Virus record (IMG/VR): IMGVR_UViG_3300037418_003161
Coordinates: 172,420 to 236,419 of that record
Direction: 5' to 3' (one strand)
Source of the DNA: a virus
Lineage: Duplodnaviria; Heunggongvirae; Uroviricota; Caudoviricetes
Length of the DNA: 64,000 bases
In this document: piece by piece, positions 9,952 to 19,601 of the stretch
Layout of the letters: the number at the start of each line of letters is the position of its first letter
How positions within the stretch are numbered: the first letter of the stretch is position 1
The notes under the pieces: generated by a model
Told to the model about the DNA's origin: nothing
Database searches by the model: none
What the model saw: only the letters and a program-made list of their open reading frames with translations
Made by a program: the position numbers and the translations under genes

Positions 9952-12900
9952 TTATTCGTTTAATAAATCATCAAGTTCGTCAGCAATCTCATTTAGTTTT
10001 TGTCTGCCCTTGTCCAAATCGAATATGAACCCTTCTTTTTCGTTCTTCATATCCAGTAGTTTTCCCAAACGTTGTTCGCTCAAGGGTGCTGCGGGTTGGG
10101 TTTCTTCTTCTTCCGGTGGAGCTTGCTCACCTCCGGTTGCGGGAGGGGCTGCTGCTCCTGTAGGTGGCGCAGCTTCACCACCACCTGTTTCTTCCGGTGG
10201 AGCTTCTTCTGCACCTCCACCCATATCACCACCCAAGTCAGGTAGGCTCATTGAGCCGCCCCCGCCTCCACCACCACTTGCGCCTCCGGCATCGGCTGAA
10301 TCACCACCCGCTGGATTTTCACCACTGGAATAAAGTTGGTTGATTTTATTAAAGATTCCGGTTTTAATGTCTTTGGAGTTGTTGAGTTCTTCTGCAATTC
10401 CACGCTCCACTTTTTGTTGTTGAAGGTCAAGCTTGACTTCTTCATCACTCATACCCAAGAAGTATTTTTTGGCGAATGTGTGGGACACAGGTGCAATGGA
10501 TTGACCATCGCCCACCGCATCTTTATACAGCAGGATTTTCTCTTTCCATTGTTCAATCTTAAGAAGGTCAGATTGTGTGGAAGGATTGGTAAGACCCAAT
10601 GTGAAATTATCCAACTCATCTTCTAATCCAAGAAGATAAAGGTGGATGATAGCAATTTTATTGAGTTCCTGAATCAGAGATTTTTGAATACGATTGATGG
10701 TACGTGCGAAACGTATATCCATAAGCGATAGACCCTTACCTTCACCAACCACTTCTTCGAAACCCAAGAATGCTTTGGGAATACGAAGTGCAGCCAACAT
10801 CTTCTTTTGGATATACTCAATATCTGCGATTTCTCCCAAATTAGAATTAAAAATATATATACCGCATTGAATACCAAAGGTGTGTGCGTTAGAATAGAGT
10901 TCATTACCATCTACGGTAATAGTTCCGGTATCTTGTTTTTCTTCCAGCCATTCTATCGCAATAATCTTGTGATTAAAGAACTTTCTTCGTTGTGAGATTC
11001 CTTGTTCCTTATCGATATAATATCTCCATGCACGAACATTTTTGTAACCCCTACTTTCAGATTCTTTTACTAACCATTCACGATAGTTTCTAAAGCCACG
11101 TTGTTTCAACATCTTAACAACATGGTTATGCGTAAATTCAGAAAGATTGGAAAGTGGACTACTAATTTCACCATTGATTGTTTTAAACAATTTCAAAAAT
11201 TCCGGGGTATTGTTTAGAACATTTAATGTTAAATCTGCACGTCCGGTCTTCTCAAATTCACGAACGTACCATCGATAAATTTCATCGGAGAAAATGAGCG
11301 TTTGGTTTTTCAGAACCTTTTTTCTGAACTCACTATTTTTCCAATTGTTTTTTGTGCGTTCACTGTGTTGTTGTTTTCTATCGTTAGTAAAAGCTTTTGA
11401 AATCTTTTTGCCTTTTGCCTTCAGATTTTCTTCATTTTTACACCATTCCAACATTGGTTGAATGTTTTCAACGGTTGCATATTGTTTCAATCTTTCAAAG
11501 CTTTCATTGAGTTGTTCTTCATTAAGAGAATTAATGTAATTTTTTAAACCTTCGCTTTGTTTTTTACTGATTTCTTGGTGGAAATTGATATCGGATTTAC
11601 GTTTGTTGTGAAATGTTTCTTGTCCCCTTTTTAGTCTTTCATTTACAGCATTTCTAAAATTTTCGTCATTTGCATATTTTTCTGAATAGGCTTGAGAAGC
11701 AATATGTAAATTATCAGCATGATATTTTAAGTGGTCTGAATAACCCATAAAACATAAATTAGTTGGGTTATTATTAAATCGATTTACATCTTTATGGTGT
11801 ATTACACTAAACGTATTCTCCTCATTCTTTTTGTGAATATATTTCTGTACTAATTTGTGTCTGTAAAATTTAGCAACTTCTTTGTGAACCCATAACCATT
11901 TACCTTTCTCGTTATCCCAAACTTGTTTGTAATCCTTGGAATAATTATTTCTCCTATATAAAACTTCGTTTCTAAGATTTAGTGGCATAAGACTTTCACC
12001 AACAACCAAATCTTTTGCTTCTTTCTTTTCACCTAAACGTGTGAGAAACTTATGGTCGGGTGTTGCGGTCACACTTTCACCATTATCCAAAGTAATTTTA
12101 AGAACTTGCGTATTCTTTCTTGTAACCCCGGCCCAAGTAATCGGCAGAGGAATAAACTTACCCGTTTTTGGGTCACATGAGTAAACCCACAGGTTTCTAT
12201 TTCCTTCGTCCCATTCTTTGATAATATCTTTTAATTCCAATGTCCTTCCATCCAATAGGGGAATTTTGGTATCCAAAGCGATACAAGCTCCCGGCAGTGT
12301 TTCAATCGGAGAAGCCTGAGATGGGTCACGAACCGGGATAAAGAAATCTTGGTCAACCGCCATTTGGTTGTAACGAGTATCCACGTTACCGTTGCGTTGG
12401 TCAGCGATTTGGTCACGCTTAAATCTGTTGGCAACACGCTGAACATATTGTTCCACATCCGAATCATCCATATTTCCAACAAAGACCTTAAACACCCTGC
12501 GCTCCGGCGCACGACTTGTCCGGTAAATCAACATCGCATCTTCGGCCAACAAAAGCTGCTTCCATATCCTGCGGCATTTATCCAACATGGACGTGCCATA
12601 GGGAAGTTTGCGGTCATCCCCCAACAGTCGGAAGTGAGCAATCTCCCAAGGTTGGAAGTCCATGTTTTTATCTTTCCAACGGAATTTGACCTGACGTGCC
12701 GCCAAATCATCCTTGTCTTTGATTTCCACTTTCTGCACCATGTTGGCTGTGGAGTTTTTGTAGGCTTCCCCTTCCAGCCGCTCGATTTCCACGTTGGGGA
12801 GTTGGTAGCAACCAACCACCCCCTTTTCGGGGTCTATTTTTAAATATAAGAAATTATCTCCATATTTGCACATGTTCCGACCCCACATCTGTAAATTGGT

Positions 12901-13335
12901 ATTTACATCCAAGACATTGTTAAACAGGTTAGCAAGTGTATTTTTTATACGTTTTGATTCTGAAAAAATTGAAAGAATGTGTCCCTTCTCACTTGGCGTG
13001 GTGGCTTCCTCTGCATAAATGTCCAAAGCAGCAGAAATTTCCGGGGTATACTCCATTGATTCATAATCGAAATATGCCGATAAACGGGTGGTTTCATAAA
13101 CGGTTGATTTGTTATACAACTCATTATCAATCTTCACCCATTTATCCAGAAGGTATTTGGATTGTTGGAGTTCCAACTTTTTCGTGTCGTACTCCTGTTT
13201 GTTATATGTTCTTAATAATTCCTGTGCATTCAGATTGTACGTGTGTTCAGGCTCTTGGGGTTGCTGTATGGAAGCACCACCCCTCCTCAACATCTTGGTT
13301 AGCTTCTGAAGTACGGTTAAATTGTTTTCAGCCAT
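9952..13335 (-). CDS. Portal protein, T4 gp20-like, interrupted by an intein; Gly/Pro/Ala-rich C-terminal low-complexity segment
   Basis: 1127 aa. N-terminal ~350 aa and the post-insertion segment are portal-like by size and synteny. A ~473 aa insertion begins with Cys in ...SPIETLPGA/CIALDTKIPLLDG (Hint block A). Confidence 0.78.
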   Translation of the reverse strand: MAENNLTVLQKLTKMLRRGGASIQQPQEPEHTYNLNAQELLRTYNKQEYDTKKLELQQSKYLLDKWVKIDNELYNKSTVYETTRLSAYFDYESMEYTPEISAALDIYAEEATTPSEKGHILSIFSESKRIKNTLANLFNNVLDVNTNLQMWGRNMCKYGDNFLYLKIDPEKGVVGCYQLPNVEIERLEGEAYKNSTANMVQKVEIKDKDDLAARQVKFRWKDKNMDFQPWEIAHFRLLGDDRKLPYGTSMLDKCRRIWKQLLLAEDAMLIYRTSRAPERRVFKVFVGNMDDSDVEQYVQRVANRFKRDQIADQRNGNVDTRYNQMAVDQDFFIPVRDPSQASPIETLPGACIALDTKIPLLDGRTLELKDIIKEWDEGNRNLWVYSCDPKTGKFIPLPITWAGVTRKNTQVLKITLDNGESVTATPDHKFLTRLGEKKEAKDLVVGESLMPLNLRNEVLYRRNNYSKDYKQVWDNEKGKWLWVHKEVAKFYRHKLVQKYIHKKNEENTFSVIHHKDVNRFNNNPTNLCFMGYSDHLKYHADNLHIASQAYSEKYANDENFRNAVNERLKRGQETFHNKRKSDINFHQEISKKQSEGLKNYINSLNEEQLNESFERLKQYATVENIQPMLEWCKNEENLKAKGKKISKAFTNDRKQQHSERTKNNWKNSEFRKKVLKNQTLIFSDEIYRWYVREFEKTGRADLTLNVLNNTPEFLKLFKTINGEISSPLSNLSEFTHNHVVKMLKQRGFRNYREWLVKESESRGYKNVRAWRYYIDKEQGISQRRKFFNHKIIAIEWLEEKQDTGTITVDGNELYSNAHTFGIQCGIYIFNSNLGEIADIEYIQKKMLAALRIPKAFLGFEEVVGEGKGLSLMDIRFARTINRIQKSLIQELNKIAIIHLYLLGLEDELDNFTLGLTNPSTQSDLLKIEQWKEKILLYKDAVGDGQSIAPVSHTFAKKYFLGMSDEEVKLDLQQQKVERGIAEELNNSKDIKTGIFNKINQLYSSGENPAGGDSADAGGASGGGGGGGSMSLPDLGGDMGGGAEEAPPEETGGGEAAPPTGAAAPPATGGEQAPPEEEETQPAAPLSEQRLGKLLDMKNEKEGFIFDLDKGRQKLNEIADELDDLLNE
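10867..12285 (-). mobile_element. Intein (Hint domain with embedded HNH endonuclease) within the portal gene
   Basis: N-terminal splice junction Cys codon at 12283-12285 (CIALDTKIPLLDGRT). HNH motif VIHHKDVNRFNNNPTNLCFMGYSDHLKYHADN. C-terminal block ITVDGNELYSNAHTFGIQ/CG resembles Hint block G but ends in Gln (10867-10869) followed by Cys, non-canonical. Boundaries approximate. Confidence 0.6.
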
Positions 13336-13382
13336 AATTTTTTAATATCTAATCATAAATACTTCCATGGAAGAAGTAAACC

Positions 13383-13685
13383 CTATGGTGTGGACGAGTC
13401 TTTAATTATGTGTGGTGAGATGGTATTTATCCTTATTTTGAATTTTCGGGCCAAGTATGTTTCTGTTTTTTCATTAACATAACGTTTAATTGTTTTTTCA
13501 ATCCAAACAGCGTTAACTTCTGCCACATGAAAATGGTAAATACAATCAATGTTGATGACCTCTTTTTGGGAAAGTGTAACTTTTGTAAATTCTATACTGC
13601 CACCATTTTCAAAATGTATTTTGTCGCCAGTGAGAAGTTTCGGAATAACCCCTCTTAAAATTGATTCCTTAATTAAATTTTTCAT
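13383..13685 (-). CDS. Hypothetical protein
   Basis: 100 aa ORF between terminase and portal genes. Confidence 0.4.
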   Translation of the reverse strand: MKNLIKESILRGVIPKLLTGDKIHFENGGSIEFTKVTLSQKEVINIDCIYHFHVAEVNAVWIEKTIKRYVNEKTETYLARKFKIRINTISPHIIKDSSTP

Positions 13686-15457
13686 TATCTTTTTGGTTTA
13701 CCGAACAACCAAGCATATTCAGAATACTGCTGTTTGGTGGGTTGTTGGGACTGTTCCATCAGGCTACTTGGTGATAGTTGAAAAGGATTGAAGGAGTTCG
13801 GATTGTGGGGGTGTCCACTTGGTATCCCGGTGGATGGTTTATTTTCATTGACCGTCCATGAATTAATCATGGCTCTAGCGGTGTCATCAACTTTTTGGAG
13901 TTGAGTAAATGCTATATCACCAACATATATTGGCATGGCGAGTGACATGATGCAGTCATCGTGTTGTCCCTTCATGTGGTCGGCCTTACCGTTGATGTAA
14001 ACAAACGTGTTAAATTCGTTTACCGTTCTAATGGAACGAACAACAAAATCATGACGCAATTGTTCTTCCAAGGCTGCAATGATTTGGGTTCGTTTGCTGT
14101 TGAAGTTAATGCCCGGTATCTTTTCATATATCTTGGGGTCGTACTTCCAATTGTTTTGTACCATTCCATCGATATATAGGTTCTTATAACCCAATTCCTG
14201 AAGCTTTCGGGAGGTGGCAATACCCATACCCCCGGTGATATCCACCACAATAAAAGCGTTGTATCGAGAACCCCATTCAAAGGCGATGTAGGCCAGTTCA
14301 TCGGGTGGCATCTTGCCAAGGTATTCCATCACCTGTTTGCGCTCATCGAAATCAATGATGTTGATGGCAGAATAATCTTCAGAGTCACCCCGGCTAACGT
14401 CCACACCCATGATGTATTTGTGTCCGGGGATGGGTTCTTCCCATTGCCAAAGCTGGCCTGAGAGGTGTTTTTTCTTGGGGTCACAAACATGTTTTTCTTT
14501 TACCTTTTCTACCAGTTCGGGGTCAAACACGTTATCACCCGAACCCAAGAAGGCACAGTTAATCTCCTGATTGATTTTTCGTGCATCGTATTTTAATTTT
14601 TTACACATGGCTTCAAACCATGTGGAGTAGGGTTTGTACCCTTGTTGCAGCAAATCAATAAATTTCGCCCGGTCAAATTCTTCAATGGTAATATCCTCAT
14701 CCTTATATTGCTCCCGGTTGAGCATGTAATGAACAATGTCCTCACACTTAATCCACTTGAGGTCTTTGGTAAATCGAGGGTCGGTGTACCAAAACAAGTA
14801 GGATACCTTGAAGTCGTTGATTCCATCAATGGCTTGTTTGTAGACACCATAATAGATGGGGTCAAAACCATTTGGGGTGGAAACCACAATTACCTTACCG
14901 CCAGTTGAAAGTGAGGCCATACACGCCGCCCAAAAGTCATCCCCGGCCTCAATGTAGGCGGCTTCATCAAAAATGAGAATGGTGGGCGTATAGCCCCGCA
15001 GCGCATCCTTGGATGTACCCACGGCTTTTACCTCACAACCATTGGTTAACTTATAGTGAGAAGTAGCATCTTTTTCTTTGGAAAAGTCAACGTCCAACCA
15101 ATCCGGCCATTGGGTTAGGAAGGAACGAATTTTAATTGCAAACTCTGTGGCTGTATCTAACTTGTTGGCGACAATTAGTATTTTCTCAGGTTTTTTCTTG
15201 GTGGCAAAGGCGAGTTTTTTTGCGGCCCAAGCTGCTGTTACTGTAGAGACACCCGCTTGACGGTATTTGATAACAATGTTTTCGTTTGCGGTGTCATAGT
15301 CTTTAATTAGAGTTTCTTGGTCGGGAAATAAAACAAGGGGTACGTATTTGGATTGAGTGTTGTCGTAGGTCTCCAAATAGGTTCTTAGAGCATAAGATGT
15401 ATCTTTAAAGGCTCTTGTATATTCCTTCAAGAACTCTTGTCTTGATTCGAATGCCAT
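13685..15457 (-). CDS. Terminase large subunit, T4 gp17-like
   Basis: 590 aa. [18 protein letters not shown] vs T4 SRQLGKTTVVAIFLAHF (Walker A); [10 protein letters not shown] vs [34 protein letters not shown] vs IIITTTPNGLNHFYDIWTAAVEG; nuclease block [21 protein letters not shown] vs [32 protein letters not shown] vs GYHDDLVMSLV. Confidence 0.93.
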   Translation of the reverse strand: [590 protein letters not shown]

Positions 15458-15465
15458 AACCTATA

Positions 15466-15507
15466 AATATATTTGGAGGATTAAAAAACCTGTTTTATCT
15501 TTGTTTT
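15466..15507 (+). promoter_or_regulatory. Bacteroidetes-type promoter (TTTG -33, TATCTTTG -7) abutting the start codon; example of the conserved motif TTGTTTTATCTTTGTTTTATG
   Basis: TTTGgaggattaaaaaacctgtttTATCTTTGttttATG. The same architecture occurs at 7504-7540, 8063-8105, 23323-23344, 31548-31580, 35030-35067, 35873-35921, 55262-55291 and on the minus strand at 61110-61137. Confidence 0.6.
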
Positions 15508-16344
15508 ATGAAGCTAAACGAATCATATTTAGGGGTCTATTTTGAGACCAACCGACATTTGAAGGATTTCTTTTTGGGTGAACATTTGCATTCCAAACAC
15601 AAATTTGAGGTGGGTATGATGCCGCTATTGGCTAAACTCAACAATGGGTATTACGATAGGCGCATTGATGACCCATGGGAAGCAAGGGTTAGCATTGCCA
15701 ACAGGCTTTGTGAGTCTCCCCGGAATTTAAAACGGTACTTTATTACCAAGACTGTACAGGAAGGGGCAGACCTTATCAAGTTTGACTTGGACAAGGTTGA
15801 CCTTCGTATGTTCAAGGTGCTACCCAACATGCAATGCCTCTACATTCCCAATAAGGATGAGATGTTTCGTTTTGAAAAGAACGACCACCGCATCAATGTG
15901 TTGTATTATCACCGGGAACATTTGGGTTTGATGGACGACATCAAATACGACAGTTATTCCGTGATATTGGAAGACGAAGAAATCATGCTTGGAATGTTAC
16001 CCGGTCAGGATAAGGACGCAGCCGTTAGGTTGTTGAAATTGATTTTGTTTATTGAGGTAGGTGAGATTTCCTTTACCCATTGCCGGGCGCATGGCGGTAA
16101 GGTGGTATTTGGAAAAGGAGGGGATGATAAATTGAAGAACGAATCCGGCGTTGATGTCACAGTAGTCAACAGCAATTGGAATCGCATGGTTATTGTGCAG
16201 GGTGGTTACGGCGTTCGGGGTCACTTCAAAATGATTTGGTGTGGTGAGGGTCGTAAAAAACTGGAACGCAGATGGTGGTCAGCCCATTCAAGAGGCACAC
16301 ACGTCCGGGTTGCAGGAAGGATTAATGAAGAAAAAAAGCATTAA
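15508..16344 (+). CDS. Hypothetical protein
   Basis: 278 aa; ATG directly after the conserved promoter motif (15488-15507). Confidence 0.5.
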   Translation: MKLNESYLGVYFETNRHLKDFFLGEHLHSKHKFEVGMMPLLAKLNNGYYDRRIDDPWEARVSIANRLCESPRNLKRYFITKTVQEGADLIKFDLDKVDLRMFKVLPNMQCLYIPNKDEMFRFEKNDHRINVLYYHREHLGLMDDIKYDSYSVILEDEEIMLGMLPGQDKDAAVRLLKLILFIEVGEISFTHCRAHGGKVVFGKGGDDKLKNESGVDVTVVNSNWNRMVIVQGGYGVRGHFKMIWCGEGRKKLERRWWSAHSRGTHVRVAGRINEEKKH

Positions 16345-16401
16345 TACCTAACCAACACTGGTTGACCCCATCCCATTCTACATACAATTTTTAAAAAGAT
16401 A

Positions 16402-16779
16402 ATGGAATTATCCCTATTATTACCCACGCTGAAGAAAATCTATACCGGAAAGACTATTAAGTTTGACCGTTGGGGTGAGATGCGTGTGACCAAGGTATTT
16501 GCTATGGGAGACGAAGACAATGCTTTTTATTGTTTTGTTTATGACAACCCAATACAGTATGTCGAAGTGGACGAGGATGGATTATATGTTAACTTCAGGG
16601 GTGTAAGTGAGGAATATGATTTTGATGAAATGATGGAGAAACAACTAGAAAATCATCTCCGAAAATATTATGATGATAAAATTGTGATATCCCTCCAAAA
16701 CCATTACCAATATGAATATTGGCGATACCTATACCCTGTGAACATAAAAAAACAATTTCAATTAACAATCCATGAATAA
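16402..16779 (+). CDS. Hypothetical protein
   Basis: 125 aa ORF. Confidence 0.45.
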   Translation: MELSLLLPTLKKIYTGKTIKFDRWGEMRVTKVFAMGDEDNAFYCFVYDNPIQYVEVDEDGLYVNFRGVSEEYDFDEMMEKQLENHLRKYYDDKIVISLQNHYQYEYWRYLYPVNIKKQFQLTIHE

Positions 16780-16849
16780 AATTGCTCCACACACTATGCT
16801 TCGATTTTAAACACATAATGATTAATCACAAAAACATAAATAACAAGAT

Positions 16850-17980
16850 ATGTTTAATATAGCTCAAGTGCTTATGCTTCCCACTGAAAAAGCATTAACG
16901 GAAGATAGTTTAATAGAGTTTGGCGGTGGGTGGATTCTAGGATGTAGAATATCCATACCAGAAAATACAGTTACGTTCTTAAATCCATTAGACAAAAAGT
17001 TCATTACAATTGCTGGCATAGAGAGAGTGAAAGCATACTGTATGTATTTCACTACAGATGAAGAGATGAGAGAGGATGATTGGTGTTTGTATCAAGATGA
17101 AGAGGACATATTTATTGGACGAATGGGTATTGCTCCAAAGGAAGCACCGTTGCTTATTAATGATGAAGGAACCTTTCTTGTATGTGACGAAGACCGTAAG
17201 AATCTCAAAAAGATAGTAGCTACTACCAATCCTGATTTGTGGACAGTAATGATTCTTCCTTCAGAACAACAGTATGCTAATCAATACATTGCTAAAATCC
17301 CCACAGACTTCATACAATACTATGTACGTGAACAAGGGATGATAACAAAAGTAGAGTTGGAATATGAAGAAGGTGAAGAGTATTTAGCAGGTAGTTCAGG
17401 TGATAATGAGATTTGGGCTAAACACCCTGATAAACTCAAACTCCGTAAAAATGGTGAAGTTATCTGGCTTCCTGTAAAAGAGAAAATGTATAGTAGGTGT
17501 GAAATAAAACAAACATTTGAACAGTTTGAAATGAAATACTTTACTAAATATCTCCCCGTAGAAGGTGAAATAAAAAAGGGTGACTCGTACCAGTGCTTTG
17601 AGGACGGTGAAAGAATCATTATACAAGCAGACTACCCTGTTTCATCGGTTGAGTGTACTAAAGTCAAACTCTTCCTTTGTTCCAAAGACATACAGGTGGG
17701 TGATAAAGTGCAGAGGTTTTTTGAAAATAGATTATGTAATCCTGTCGAGGTATTACAAGATTTTGGAGACAAAATACAATTGGATGGTGGAAGTTTTACA
17801 CCCATCACAGACTCAAAAGAACACTTCTTCAAAGTCATTGGAGAAATATCCCCTGATGCTCTTGGATATGTAACTGAAGGTGATGAGTTTGAGGAAGAAC
17901 AGGTGTTTAAAATAGAAACTATGTGTACAACAAGACCTGATTTTTATCAAATCAAAGGCCCATGTGGTCATTTTCATTAA
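16850..17980 (+). CDS. Hypothetical protein
   Basis: 376 aa ORF; followed by terminator 17988-18011. Confidence 0.5.
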   Translation: MFNIAQVLMLPTEKALTEDSLIEFGGGWILGCRISIPENTVTFLNPLDKKFITIAGIERVKAYCMYFTTDEEMREDDWCLYQDEEDIFIGRMGIAPKEAPLLINDEGTFLVCDEDRKNLKKIVATTNPDLWTVMILPSEQQYANQYIAKIPTDFIQYYVREQGMITKVELEYEEGEEYLAGSSGDNEIWAKHPDKLKLRKNGEVIWLPVKEKMYSRCEIKQTFEQFEMKYFTKYLPVEGEIKKGDSYQCFEDGERIIIQADYPVSSVECTKVKLFLCSKDIQVGDKVQRFFENRLCNPVEVLQDFGDKIQLDGGSFTPITDSKEHFFKVIGEISPDALGYVTEGDEFEEEQVFKIETMCTTRPDFYQIKGPCGHFH

Positions 17981-17987
17981 AAACCAA

Positions 17988-18011
17988 ACCCCGGATTTTG
18001 CCGGGGTTTTC
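17988..18011. terminator. Terminator of the same family
   Basis: ACCCCGGATTTTGCCGGGGTTTTC between convergent genes. Confidence 0.55.
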
Positions 18012-18042
18012 TGTGTGGTTTATCGATAATACTGCACCAAAA

Positions 18043-19593
18043 TTATTCGTCGTCATCACTCCGTGTGATGCCAAGGCTTCCCAACAAATCATCCAGACCA
18101 TCATCATCCATGTCTTTGCTCAAATCATCAAGGTCTCTGCGGAAATTGCTTTGTCCGTAATCATAATCTGCATCATCAGGAGTATTTAATCTTTCCACCA
18201 ACTCATCACACAATTCCTGCATCAGTCGTGCGCCTTTGCGAGAGCCGGAGATAACCTCCCTTGCAAAGACCAAAAATTCTTTGGCCGGAAGAGCGAAGAA
18301 TTCAGCAAACAGGAAGTTTTGTAATTCTTTTTTATTTTCATCGGTCAACAAATCTTCTGGAAGTTGATTGCGGAGACGATTCCAGATGGCCGGGCCTAAA
18401 CGAAAGTCCCAAAATTCCTTTTGGAGAACGTCTTCCAGTTCAATTACCTCATGAGACATTTCCGAATCTTTGGGGATTCCATGGGCTGCAAGAACCTCCA
18501 TTACACCCTTCACCAATTCATGGATAAGTACAGGGAAGCAAAAGCCCCTTGCTTTAACAACTGGTACATCGGACATGGCGTTAACTTCGGATGACCCTGC
18601 GGGAGTATCCATCATACCTCGTCCAAACATGTCACCGACATGTGGCTCAGGACGATAATTATTTCCACCACGCAAATTTTCACGGTCAGGGCCACCAATT
18701 ACATCAACCTGTCCAGCCCCGCCGTCAACACCGTTTCTACCCAATCCCATGTTGTCAACATAGTTGTCGGGAATCATCCAGTATAGAAGGTCGTTCACCG
18801 ACATCATGATTCCATAGCTGTTTAAAAGCCTGTCCGAGCCTGTAATTTGGCGTAATCTTTCACTTACCAAGTGGTACATATAGTGACCACGTTTGGAAGC
18901 ACCTTGAACAATTGCGTTGATGAAACGTCTTTTGGCACGTTCCAAATTAAGGTCTTTCAAACGATTATAAAGCTGACCCTCCACCTTGGCATCTTCATCG
19001 TCAAGGTTGGGTTCATCAGGACTATCTTCCCGGTCATCGTCACCATATTCTTCTTCGTTCTCATCGTCGTTGTCAATATCGGGTTGAACATCGTCGCTAT
19101 CCCGTTGATTTCTGTTAAAATTGGTATCAATTTGATGAACACCTACAATTTTTGCATCGAAGTTGATATCACCTTCATTTACACCCATTTCTTTTTTAAC
19201 CAATTCCAAAGCCAATCTTTCCAATTCGGTCTTGTGTTGGGCCTCAAGCTGCATTACTGTTTGGAAGGCTTGCATCATTTGTTGCATCAACAGAGGTACT
19301 TCCCCTTCCCCTACATTTTGGTAGCCAGTATATGTTTTAACTTTCTCCAAAACTTCCTTGTACCGCTCCGAAGCCAATAGCTCTTGGAAGTTCGAGGGAA
19401 CACCATGAGGGTCAACCTTGGGAAACGGAATTTTTTTCAAGGGGGTATTGTTAGTAGCGAGGTTACGCTGAATACTCGGATGGGGTTTTACATCCCGATT
19501 CGAGTCAAATTGCATTGGCATTTCTTCAAGTTGTTTTTTATTACTTAATAAAATTTTTTTCTCATTCTTTCCCATTTCTAATCTTGGTTTCAC
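18043..19593 (-). CDS. Hypothetical protein with acidic central region
   Basis: 516 aa ORF. Confidence 0.5.
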   Translation of the reverse strand: MKPRLEMGKNEKKILLSNKKQLEEMPMQFDSNRDVKPHPSIQRNLATNNTPLKKIPFPKVDPHGVPSNFQELLASERYKEVLEKVKTYTGYQNVGEGEVPLLMQQMMQAFQTVMQLEAQHKTELERLALELVKKEMGVNEGDINFDAKIVGVHQIDTNFNRNQRDSDDVQPDIDNDDENEEEYGDDDREDSPDEPNLDDEDAKVEGQLYNRLKDLNLERAKRRFINAIVQGASKRGHYMYHLVSERLRQITGSDRLLNSYGIMMSVNDLLYWMIPDNYVDNMGLGRNGVDGGAGQVDVIGGPDRENLRGGNNYRPEPHVGDMFGRGMMDTPAGSSEVNAMSDVPVVKARGFCFPVLIHELVKGVMEVLAAHGIPKDSEMSHEVIELEDVLQKEFWDFRLGPAIWNRLRNQLPEDLLTDENKKELQNFLFAEFFALPAKEFLVFAREVISGSRKGARLMQELCDELVERLNTPDDADYDYGQSNFRRDLDDLSKDMDDDGLDDLLGSLGITRSDDDE

Positions 19594-19601
19594 AATCGGG
19601 C

